Virus record (IMG/VR): IMGVR_UViG_3300045988_090680
Direction: 5' to 3' (one strand)
From: a virus
DNA length: 28,142 nucleotides
Both the position numbers and the translations under genes were made by a program. The notes below the pieces were generated by a model. The model made no database searches. It was not told the origin of the DNA and was given only the letters and a program-made list of their open reading frames with translations. Below are positions 16,025 to 23,961 of the stretch, piece by piece (the stretch's first letter is position 1; the number at the start of each line of letters is the position of its first letter).

Positions 16025-16821
16025 TGTTTTTCACGCTCCTTTTTTTCGGCAATAACATGCAACCCGCAGTTATGGTCTTTTTTTTGACAATCATCTCTGT
16101 TTATCAGTCCTAAGGCATACGGACACACACCTTTAGGTATTCCGTCTATTCTAAGCTGAGCGTTCGGATAGTTCTTCAAGAACTCCGTAAGAAATGTCTT
16201 TTGCGGATACGCATTGCTCCACCTCTGAACAACTTCGATTGCTTGTTCAGGGTAAGATGATTCAAAATCCGAACACGTAACACCTATGCCGTTATTCCTC
16301 ATGCCCATAGGGCAATCTGTACATCTAAGTTTGCACACTCCGCTCGCCTGTCTACCCATTCTTTTCTTTTCGCTGAAGTAGTTTGTAGTTTTCGTACAAT
16401 CAATCATTTTCTTCGTCTCCTTTAATTTTTCGGTTATTCTTTTGGTTAAGCCGTTTTCGTTGGTTAGGCATTCTAAGGCTTGGAGGGCATTGATTACGGT
16501 TTGCTCGTTGGTTTGGGACTGATACATCTTACGGACGAAGTCGGCGCTTTTCTTTACATTATCCATAATTCTTTGGGAGAGCATACGGTATTCGTCTGCG
16601 TTGTCCCTATCACGCTTATACTCCGTTCTGAGCTTGTCCTGCCATTCAAGGCAGATGTTTATGTCCCAGCCTTTATGACGGTTGTTGTATCCGACCTTTG
16701 CAAGCCTTGAAAAGTATTTATACTCGGGCGGCGGAAAGGATGAGTAATCAAGCTGACCGTCAATTGCTTTATCTTCAAGCTGTTCAAACACCTGCGGATT
16801 GTTAAAATCATATTTTTTCAT
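16021..16821 (-). CDS. Hypothetical Cys-rich protein
   Basis: 266 aa. C-terminal half has CKLRCTDCP...CSDF...CPYALG...CQKKDHNC. AGGAGG SD lies 4 nt before the ATG at 16821. Confidence 0.65.
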   Translation of the reverse strand: MKKYDFNNPQVFEQLEDKAIDGQLDYSSFPPPEYKYFSRLAKVGYNNRHKGWDINICLEWQDKLRTEYKRDRDNADEYRMLSQRIMDNVKKSADFVRKMYQSQTNEQTVINALQALECLTNENGLTKRITEKLKETKKMIDCTKTTNYFSEKKRMGRQASGVCKLRCTDCPMGMRNNGIGVTCSDFESSYPEQAIEVVQRWSNAYPQKTFLTEFLKNYPNAQLRIDGIPKGVCPYALGLINRDDCQKKDHNCGLHVIAEKKEREKQ

Positions 16822-16836
16822 ATTACCTCCTGCGGA

Positions 16837-16945
16837 GGCTTGTGGTGGGTTTGGTGCGATTTTAAAGAACCCTTTCTATATATATAATATTAGTTTATTT
16901 TTCTTATACGAAAGGTTAGAAAAACCCGTAAACCCTCCTCAAGCT
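16837..16945. repeat. Imperfect 16-bp inverted repeat bracketing a 77-nt AT-rich core (candidate ori or middle-gene regulatory region)
   Basis: GGCTTGTGGTGGGTTT (16837-16852) pairs with AAACCCTCCTCAAGCT (16930-16945): 13 Watson-Crick pairs, 1 wobble and 2 mismatches. The core contains TATATATATAATATT. AAACCC is duplicated at 16922-16927 and 16930-16935. The region is adjacent to the 3' end of the primase-helicase gene. Confidence 0.35.
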
Positions 16946-16951
16946 ACCACA

Positions 16952-19276
16952 CTAACAATCTTTATAAATTGAAATTCCGTTGAAATAATTGAAATTTCTT
17001 CCCTTTACTTTTTCAAATCGTTTGGCAAGCTCGGTGCTGAATTTGGTATTTGACATACAATATTCGTTGTTATCCCCCGCCCAGCTTGTATAGGCGGCAT
17101 AGAGCGTGCTTGCCTGAACCGAACCCTCTAACACACATCTGTCCTCGATAAAGGCGGAAATAACATCCATTTCACGCTTGTACTCTCTCACGCTCTGAAG
17201 AACGGCAGACGGCATTTTCAAACCCTCTCTCTGCCACAGAATACAGCCGTCAATACACCATTTAAAAATTGCGGTCATTTCGGCTTTGAGCTTATGCGTA
17301 AGGTTCTTATCAACCTTATCCTCGGGAATCTGAACATTGAACGGTATCATATGTATTCTTCGCCATATGCCCGTGTCAGTGCCTCTGATAATCGGTTTAT
17401 GGTTTGTTGCCATCCACAGCTTGAACTCGGGCTTGAACTCAAATTCCTCGCTGTACAGCTTTCTTGCCGTTACGGTATCGTCACCCGTAAGCTGTTTGAG
17501 AAGTCCCTCATTAATTCGCACGCCCTCGTTCGGCTCAACCGAGGTGACAAGCCTTGCACCCTTTAACCGTGCAATGTCGCTGTTTATGGCACTGCTCTGA
17601 GAGTTTCTTACCATAATTGTTTCAGGCTGAATGTTTGCGGCATAATCGCCGAATACATCACGGATAACATCAATGAATGTACTCTTGCCGTTTCGTCCCG
17701 TGCCGTAAAGGAAGAATGCGCATTGCTCGGCTGTTGAGCCTGTCAGACTGTAACCGACCGCCTTTTGAATGTAGCGAATAAGCTCCTTATCGCCTGCAAA
17801 AATATCGTCAAGGAATGCAAGCCAACGGGGACACTCTGCCGTTTGAGAACAGTCAACCGAAGTAATCTTTGTAAAATAATATTCGGGATTATGCGCCCTC
17901 ACTTCGCCGTTTTTAAGGTTGATTATTCCGCTTGGGGTGTTTAATGCCATACGGTATTTATCCATTTGTGCCGGAAGTACGGGAATATGGTGTTCAACCT
18001 CGTTGAGCATTGCTTTTTTTGATTTGTTGGAACGGCTTGCTTTCATATGCTTTTCAAATGCTTTTGACATATCTCCGCCGTTCTCTTCATCAGCTTGCAA
18101 GTACAACCTTGCTTCGGCTTTCATAGCCTCAACGCTTTTGTCTGCCATTCGCAAAACTACCCCGATATTGTCAACACACCACTTCATAGAATTGTAGTAA
18201 TACCACTTTTTCTCAGTGTAACAATACCTTACATTATCACCGAATAAATCAACGAACCTGTCGGCATTGCCCATATCGTCAAAGGTGTAGGCACGCATTT
18301 TTTCTTCGTCAACCGCTTGAACAGCCTTGCCGTCACCGATTGAAATTGAATAATCGTTATGCTGTTTTGGGTTATAGGTCTGTGTACAGCCCGACACAGC
18401 CTTTTGCAGGGTTATAATGCCGTAGGTTGTACCCGACTGTTTTCTGTCCCACTTGTCACGCATTAAGCCTGATTGTCTGAAAATCGAATCCATTTTGTCG
18501 GTATCGCAACCGCACCAGAACGCAAGCATATTGCAAAAAGCCATATCCGCCTCACTCTGTGACGAGTAAGCCGAAAAATCACCGCTGTACAGAGCCTTGA
18601 AAAGACTTCCGTTCTTGGCATTGCAGGCGATTCTGACAATATCGTCAACGGTGTTCGGATTGACCTCAACGCTACGGAGCTTAGGCTGTGGCTCTGTTGC
18701 CTTGCCGAGATATTTTGAATGCAGCGGCTTTATGCTTTCGGTGCAATCGTTTATGTACGCATATGCAGAGCAGTAATCGCCTGTAACAACGAAGAATCTG
18801 CCGTTTTCGTACATTTCAAAACCGCCCGAATCATTCTTCGCCTTTCTTCTGCCCTCGGGAAGAGTTCCCTTGCAGATTATGTGAACACCTGTTTTGCTCT
18901 GCGAAAATTCGGTGTAGCTCTGCAAAGTGTTCACAAACTCGCTGATTATGTTGTCAGCTCCGCCGTTTTGGTAGTCCTGAATGTCATTCGGCATATCGTC
19001 AAGGTCAACACCGAAAAACGGTGAATTTGAGAACATAAAGCCTATGCCCGAATATTTGGCGGATTCTCTGACTGCCGTTTCAAATTCCGACCAAGTGTCT
19101 GGATTGTTTGACTGAGCAAGTCCGCCCGTCTTTGGATTGACGGGCTTCTTTGAAATTCCGCTGTGCGATTTCGGATCTGGATATGACTGCCAGCACACCC
19201 AGTTTTTGTAACCTTTCAATTCCTCGGGAACTGCAAAATATTTATTTTTATTTGGGTTTAAATTTGTAAAGCCCAT
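16952..19276 (-). CDS. Bifunctional primase-polymerase (PrimPol) / D5-P4-family primase-helicase
   Basis: N-terminus has NWVCWQ...KKPVNPKTG, GIGFMF..FFGVDLDD and FEMYENGRFFVVTG (PrimPol). The middle has SQSEADMAFCNMLAFWCG...RDKWDR (PriCT-like). The C-terminus has Walker A YGTGRNGKSTF (P4/D5 NTPase). ATG at 19276 follows GGAGGTGA; the track start at 19306 is rejected. Confidence 0.9.
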   Translation of the reverse strand: MGFTNLNPNKNKYFAVPEELKGYKNWVCWQSYPDPKSHSGISKKPVNPKTGGLAQSNNPDTWSEFETAVRESAKYSGIGFMFSNSPFFGVDLDDMPNDIQDYQNGGADNIISEFVNTLQSYTEFSQSKTGVHIICKGTLPEGRRKAKNDSGGFEMYENGRFFVVTGDYCSAYAYINDCTESIKPLHSKYLGKATEPQPKLRSVEVNPNTVDDIVRIACNAKNGSLFKALYSGDFSAYSSQSEADMAFCNMLAFWCGCDTDKMDSIFRQSGLMRDKWDRKQSGTTYGIITLQKAVSGCTQTYNPKQHNDYSISIGDGKAVQAVDEEKMRAYTFDDMGNADRFVDLFGDNVRYCYTEKKWYYYNSMKWCVDNIGVVLRMADKSVEAMKAEARLYLQADEENGGDMSKAFEKHMKASRSNKSKKAMLNEVEHHIPVLPAQMDKYRMALNTPSGIINLKNGEVRAHNPEYYFTKITSVDCSQTAECPRWLAFLDDIFAGDKELIRYIQKAVGYSLTGSTAEQCAFFLYGTGRNGKSTFIDVIRDVFGDYAANIQPETIMVRNSQSSAINSDIARLKGARLVTSVEPNEGVRINEGLLKQLTGDDTVTARKLYSEEFEFKPEFKLWMATNHKPIIRGTDTGIWRRIHMIPFNVQIPEDKVDKNLTHKLKAEMTAIFKWCIDGCILWQREGLKMPSAVLQSVREYKREMDVISAFIEDRCVLEGSVQASTLYAAYTSWAGDNNEYCMSNTKFSTELAKRFEKVKGRNFNYFNGISIYKDC

Positions 19277-19354
19277 TTTTTCACCTCCATATATAAGGAA
19301 AAACACGGTGAAAATTGCACTGTTTTATGCAATTCCCGAAGAATTTTTTTAAAA

Positions 19355-19927
19355 TCAGAACGGCAAATCATCGTCAATCGGCATATCAACAAAGCCCTGA
19401 TTTGCAGGCTGAGCAGGTGCATAACTCTGCTGTGGCTGTGCATAGGTCTGAGCCGTTGAACTCTGCGACTGCTTAAAAGTATGCTTTACTGTCGGAAACT
19501 TAGTCGGATTGAGCCAGCTGACTTCTTCTCTTTTTTCGCCGTTCCATTCGCCGTGCTTAATCGTTACACGAACAGGCTTTTTAATGAGTTCTTCAAGGAA
19601 CTGTTCAAGGCTGTCGTAATCCTTGCCGTCGGGAAGTCCTGCCGCTTTGCCGAGAGCCATAACCTGATTAAAACCGTAGCCCTTGACCTGCTTGTCGTTC
19701 TCGGTAGGTTCTCTGCGTTTCCACAAAGTGTGGAATATATGTCCGTTTTTGTACCCCTGCTCAACATCGTTTCGGATAATGAACGAAATGTTCAGGCAGG
19801 TTTTTTCCTCGCCTTTTGAATTTGTGTAGTCACGCTCCTCTGCCTTTGCTATAAGGCACTCATAATCGCCCTCGGGTTTGAGTGAGTTAGACTGTGCCGC
19901 CTCGCTCCAATTTGCTTTAAATCCCAT
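19355..19927 (-). CDS. DUF669-type phage single-stranded DNA-binding protein with an SSB-like acidic tip
   Basis: 190 aa. Q/P/A-rich linker (QSQSSTAQTYAQPQQSYAPAQPANQ) ending in DDDLPF, the canonical SSB C-terminal tip. Neighbourhood includes an AAA_24 ATPase and a helicase. Confidence 0.7.
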   Translation of the reverse strand: MGFKANWSEAAQSNSLKPEGDYECLIAKAEERDYTNSKGEEKTCLNISFIIRNDVEQGYKNGHIFHTLWKRREPTENDKQVKGYGFNQVMALGKAAGLPDGKDYDSLEQFLEELIKKPVRVTIKHGEWNGEKREEVSWLNPTKFPTVKHTFKQSQSSTAQTYAQPQQSYAPAQPANQGFVDMPIDDDLPF

Positions 19928-19931
19928 AATT

Positions 19932-20246
19932 TTACTCCTTTGTTATTAACTCTATCGCCTCATCGGCACTTCTGCATATTCCTGCTACCGCACCGTTGAG
20001 TTTCATCATCTGTATGAATTTCTGCTGTTTTTCGGTAGGCCTGCCCTTGGGTGTTTTAACCTCGATAAAAACCGCCCTTCCGTCTGATTTTCTGACACCG
20101 AACAAATCCGAAAATCCGGGCGGAACTCCCGTATTGAAATATCTGCCGTCCTTTGTAAAGCCTGCACCTACATTTATACGGAAAATATCGCAGTACGGTG
20201 CAATTGCAATACGGATTTTGTTCTGAATTGCGTGTTCTTCTGTCAA
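19932..20246 (-). CDS. VRR-NUC domain nuclease
   Basis: GFSDLFGVRKSDGRAVFIEVKTPKGRPTEKQQKFIQMM is the PD-(D/E)xK core of VRR-NUC. The likely start is TTG at 20246, overlapping the helicase stop (GCTTGACA), giving 104 aa. The 136-aa track version would overlap the helicase by 100 nt. Confidence 0.8.
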   Translation of the reverse strand: MTEEHAIQNKIRIAIAPYCDIFRINVGAGFTKDGRYFNTGVPPGFSDLFGVRKSDGRAVFIEVKTPKGRPTEKQQKFIQMMKLNGAVAGICRSADEAIELITKE

Positions 20247-21583
20247 GCTATCATACCTCTCTTTCGTGCCTGAAAATATGCCCAGCCTGTTTTGTAGCCG
20301 TGGCTTTTTGCGTATGCAAGCAAGTCCGCATAGCTGTGGCAATCATCGGGTGTGCTGAAATCAAGCTTGAATCCCTCAACCTTAATGAGCTTTGCGGTGG
20401 TATCGGTTTCAACGGTCCTTTCGGCTGTCGGGAATACATAACCGCAATGCGGACACACGGCTTTCTGCCCTGCCGGCGGTGCTGAAAATGTAAAGAAACA
20501 TTCGGGACATTGTCTGACCTTTTCCTCCTGCTCCTTTTCGATTTTTTTAACACTCAGCTTTTTGCGTTTTTCAAGCGTCCATTCTCGGTCGTCATCAGGC
20601 ATTCCGTGCCTTGCATAGTTGCCCACATGGTCAATGATTACCGCCCTTTTGTTTGGCTTATAACGCATACACCGCATTGACTGCTGAATGTAAAGCGTAA
20701 GGCTGTGAGTAGGTCGGAGCAGAATTGTACATTCGCAGTCAGGCACATCAAAGCCCTCTGAAATCAAATCTACATTGCAGAGGATTGTAATTTTGCCGTT
20801 TCTGAAATCGGCTATAATCTGTTCTCTCTGCGCCTTCGGAGTTGCTCCGTCAATATGCCTTGCTGATATGCCTGCGTCACAAAAAGCCTTCGCCGTTGCA
20901 AGACTGTGCTTTACCGAGGAACAGTAACAGACGGCTTTCTTACCGTCTGCAAGCTGTTTGTAATATTTGATAACATCACCAAACACCGTGTTTTTAATCA
21001 TTGCCTTTTCAATATCCGCTGTTACATATTCGCCCATTTTAGTATGTAAACCCGTAAGGTCGGCGACACTCGGAGCATAGTAATCATACGGGGCAAGGCA
21101 GTTATGTTTGATGAGCCATTTTGTACTCACACCGATTATGAGCTTGTCGTTGACATCGCCCAAACCGTCACCGTTTAATCGGACAGGTGTTGCGGTGACG
21201 CCAACCCTCGGAACATCCGAAAAATGTTCATAAATGCGTTTGTAGCTTTGTGCAAGGCTGTGATGATTTTCGTCTGTGATGATAAGTGCGGGTTTTGGCA
21301 GTTTCTTCAATCTTCGTGTAAAGGTCTGCACCATACCGATTTGGCACAAATCCATAAGCACACCCCAGCGGACAAAGGTTCTGAATATTTGGTCAACAAG
21401 CTCTCTTCTGTGAACAAGGAACAGCACCCGTTTCCCGTTCCAAGTTGTTCGTCTTGCAATTTCTGCGACAATGCAGGACTTTCCGCCACCGCATCCAAGG
21501 ACAATGCAAGGGGCTTTGTAACCCTCTCGCCAAGCCTGTCTTACCTGTTCAACAAGGTCATTTTGATACGGTCGAAGTTGCAT
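20243..21583 (-). CDS. Superfamily-2 DEAD/DEAH-box helicase with C-terminal zinc ribbon
   Basis: LRPYQ, Walker A GCGGGKS, DENHH (motif II), TATP (motif III) and QSMRCMR (motif VI). CPEC...CPHCG lies near the C-terminus. ATG at 21583 is 8 nt after GAGAGGG. Confidence 0.9.
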   Translation of the reverse strand: MQLRPYQNDLVEQVRQAWREGYKAPCIVLGCGGGKSCIVAEIARRTTWNGKRVLFLVHRRELVDQIFRTFVRWGVLMDLCQIGMVQTFTRRLKKLPKPALIITDENHHSLAQSYKRIYEHFSDVPRVGVTATPVRLNGDGLGDVNDKLIIGVSTKWLIKHNCLAPYDYYAPSVADLTGLHTKMGEYVTADIEKAMIKNTVFGDVIKYYKQLADGKKAVCYCSSVKHSLATAKAFCDAGISARHIDGATPKAQREQIIADFRNGKITILCNVDLISEGFDVPDCECTILLRPTHSLTLYIQQSMRCMRYKPNKRAVIIDHVGNYARHGMPDDDREWTLEKRKKLSVKKIEKEQEEKVRQCPECFFTFSAPPAGQKAVCPHCGYVFPTAERTVETDTTAKLIKVEGFKLDFSTPDDCHSYADLLAYAKSHGYKTGWAYFQARKRGMIA

Positions 21584-22364
21584 TGTCTGCACCCTCTCTC
21601 TGCTTTTCCTGTTTCTTCTGCTTTATCAGCCTTGCAACACACTGCATACAGAGCTGTCTGCCGTAATTTTTTGTTGTGCCGTCAATGATCTGTTTAACGG
21701 TGCGTTTACCGTCCGAAAGTATCGGTGCTTTGCACTCACCACAATACTGTTCGGGTTGCATTGAATAGTATGTTCTCAATGCTTCATCAACAATTTTAAG
21801 GTCATTTGATATGTACATTGAATCAAACAAGCCTATCGGACTTTTACAGGTATCGTTACCGTCCGTTTGTGTTGCAAAAAGATACTTGCCGTCAACGACA
21901 ACAGTTTTTAAAACCGTGGTAAACATTCCCTCGACCGAGATTTTTTCGTCAAGCAACTTGCCGATTGTTTTAGCTTTCTGTCTGCCGTTTTCGTCGGTTT
22001 CAATATGGCTGAGAAAATAAACAATCGTGTCATTCGGGAGAGTTTCAACCTCTTTCACAAGCTCCCAAAAATTTTTACCGATATCGGTAAACTTCTGAAA
22101 GCCTGTTTCCTTGGCTCTTCTCATATACTCGTTAGCCATGAGGTACTGTGCGTCATCAACTGCAATTGACTTGCATTTCTGCTTTTTGATAAAGTCCTCA
22201 ATATCTATGTAGTTGTCGGAATTGATTGAATAAGTGAATTTTGTTCTGAACGGGAGTGATTTTCCGTTTACGTTCACAAGAGCCAGTTCATTTGCTTTGA
22301 AATTTCTTAAAGAGGCAGATTTTCCGCTGCCTGAATATCCTAAAACCAATATAGGTAATCCCAT
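21558..22364 (-). CDS. AAA_24 / Sak4-like RecA-type ATPase with C-terminal zinc ribbon
   Basis: Walker A GYSGSGKS at the N-terminus. Walker B-like IAVDDAQY. CGEC...CMQC at the C-terminus. ATG at 22364 is 6 nt after GAGGTG. Confidence 0.8.
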   Translation of the reverse strand: MGLPILVLGYSGSGKSASLRNFKANELALVNVNGKSLPFRTKFTYSINSDNYIDIEDFIKKQKCKSIAVDDAQYLMANEYMRRAKETGFQKFTDIGKNFWELVKEVETLPNDTIVYFLSHIETDENGRQKAKTIGKLLDEKISVEGMFTTVLKTVVVDGKYLFATQTDGNDTCKSPIGLFDSMYISNDLKIVDEALRTYYSMQPEQYCGECKAPILSDGKRTVKQIIDGTTKNYGRQLCMQCVARLIKQKKQEKQREGADNATSTVSK

Positions 22365-22374
22365 AAATAACACC

Positions 22375-22968
22375 TCACTTAATACTTAATGACTGCTTGG
22401 CTTCCATATGTACGAATGGGATTTCTTCGCCCTTTTTGCAGAGAGCCTTGACATCATTCTTTTTCACTTCGGGCATACTGTACTTTAAGAGGTAGTCAAG
22501 ATTGTGTTCCTCCGCCCACTCAACAAATGAAATTTCATCATCAACAACAAGGCTCGGAGCGTTCTTTTTAAGCGACATAACCGCTCTCGGCATATCAATC
22601 TTCTGTCTGCCGAGTGCCTGCATTGACTTAAACAGATAGGTTTTAAGACTCTCCGCCTGTTTTTCTTTTTGTGACTGTCTTTTTGCAATTGCCGCCTTTT
22701 CGGCTTTAAGCATTTTAGCCTCGGCAAGAAGCTGTTTGTAGTAGATTGCAATACTCTCAGCTTTCTCGTCAAATTCGCCCTCAATGCCCGTGAGAGTATC
22801 GAACCACGCTGTCAACATCTTGTTGCGGTATGCGTCCACATTGGCAATGATATTGCCGTCATCATCAATCGGCATTCCGTCTGCGTTCGTATCGGGTTCC
22901 CATTCGTTGATAGCGTCAAACTGATTAAATAAATCCGAGTACATCTCGGTAAGCTCATAAAGTTTCAT
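22375..22968 (-). CDS. Siphovirus Gp157-family protein
   Basis: MKLYELTEMYSDLF..., a central coiled coil (LLAEAKMLKAEKAAIAKRQSQKEKQAESLKTYL) and a C-terminal ..VVDDEISFVEWAEEH... match the Gp157 family layout. The position upstream of the AAA_24 ATPase is typical. Confidence 0.8.
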   Translation of the reverse strand: MKLYELTEMYSDLFNQFDAINEWEPDTNADGMPIDDDGNIIANVDAYRNKMLTAWFDTLTGIEGEFDEKAESIAIYYKQLLAEAKMLKAEKAAIAKRQSQKEKQAESLKTYLFKSMQALGRQKIDMPRAVMSLKKNAPSLVVDDEISFVEWAEEHNLDYLLKYSMPEVKKNDVKALCKKGEEIPFVHMEAKQSLSIK

Positions 22969-22980
22969 TGTTGTTCCCCC

Positions 22981-23961
22981 TTAAAGATTTATGTTTTGTG
23001 TGGCAAGTGCCTCTATTAAATGTTCAACCTTGCCTTTGAAAAATTCCTTGTCCTGTGACTGCTTGGCGAAATTGAGCATACGGACAAAGCTGTCATATGC
23101 AATTGAAAAATATGCCTTAAAGACATCCTTGTCATCTGATGGACCGTCGGCAGTTTGAACATTTTGCAGTCTTTCTTCGTACTCCTCTTTCTGCTTGCGA
23201 AGAGCCTCCTGTTTTTCATCCTCAAGCTGTTTTCTGACGATTTTTTCGTTATTGCGATACTCCGCTTCGAGCTCGTCATAATGCTTAATGTTCTCCCTTT
23301 CCAAAGCCTTAATCGTTTCATTGAGTCTGCGTTCATTGTCGCTCGGCTCTGCAACAGCAACTTCAATAGGACGGCTTTCAAGCTCCTGAACTTTATTCGT
23401 CAGCTTGAAATTTTTGTTCTTTTCCTCTGCAAGCTGATTTTCAATATTGCGATAGCTTTCTTTTGAAGTGTCCGCCTGCTGTTTGTAATAGTCGGCATCT
23501 TTCTTAGCGTTATTGAGCTGTCTGCAATAGTCAATGCTCTTGTCGGTTGCCTCCTGCTTTTCGTCCTTCAGCCTGTCAATCTCTGCCTTTAACTGTTTTA
23601 CCGTTGTGTTTTCAAGGTCGAGCTTTTCGGCAATTTCAGCCTGTTCGGGTTCGCTGATTGTGGCGAGAAGTGATAGCTTTGTCATTCCAATTTGTGCAAT
23701 CGATTGCACATTTTCAGCGTTTATTTTTTCTACAATAGAAATATAGTTATAAACATTTCTGCGTTTCATACCTACTTCATTCTCGCAGTAGTCCTCAAAA
23801 TTCGGATAGCCAAGTTCCTTGTACAGCTTGTTGTCACGCATAGTCTTGAGTGCGTTGCACATATCCCATATGTTCTGCTGTGCAAGGTTAGCGCTGACAA
23901 TTATCTTCTGATGCAGTTCAATTGCCTGCTTATGCTGTTCGCTTACTGTTATTTCTGACAT
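22981..23961 (-). CDS. DNA-binding-like (DUF3102 / ParB-HTH-like N-terminus) long coiled-coil protein
   Basis: N-terminus is ...NIWDMCNALKTMRDNKLYKELGYPNFEDYCENEVGMKRRNVYNYISIVEKI. The remaining ~200 aa are charged coiled coil. GGAGGA lies 8 nt before the ATG at 23961. Confidence 0.45.
   Translation of the reverse strand: MSEITVSEQHKQAIELHQKIIVSANLAQQNIWDMCNALKTMRDNKLYKELGYPNFEDYCENEVGMKRRNVYNYISIVEKINAENVQSIAQIGMTKLSLLATISEPEQAEIAEKLDLENTTVKQLKAEIDRLKDEKQEATDKSIDYCRQLNNAKKDADYYKQQADTSKESYRNIENQLAEEKNKNFKLTNKVQELESRPIEVAVAEPSDNERRLNETIKALERENIKHYDELEAEYRNNEKIVRKQLEDEKQEALRKQKEEYEERLQNVQTADGPSDDKDVFKAYFSIAYDSFVRMLNFAKQSQDKEFFKGKVEHLIEALATQNINL

Noticed and set aside
19277-19354. AATTGCA-N8-TGCAATT hairpin between the SSB and primase genes as a terminator
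   Set aside because: The stem is only 7 bp and AT-rich, with an interrupted T-run, and it lies within an operon whose downstream gene has its own strong SD. It is too weak to call.
19932-20342. N-terminally extended versions of several track ORFs: VRR-NUC from 20342, head closure from 8672, primase from 19306, cro-like from 27755, helicase from 21592 and ATPase from 22373
   Set aside because: The extensions overlap the upstream gene or the SD itself. Internal ATG/GTG/TTG codons with properly spaced GGAGG-type SDs or start-stop overlaps give lengths typical of the families.
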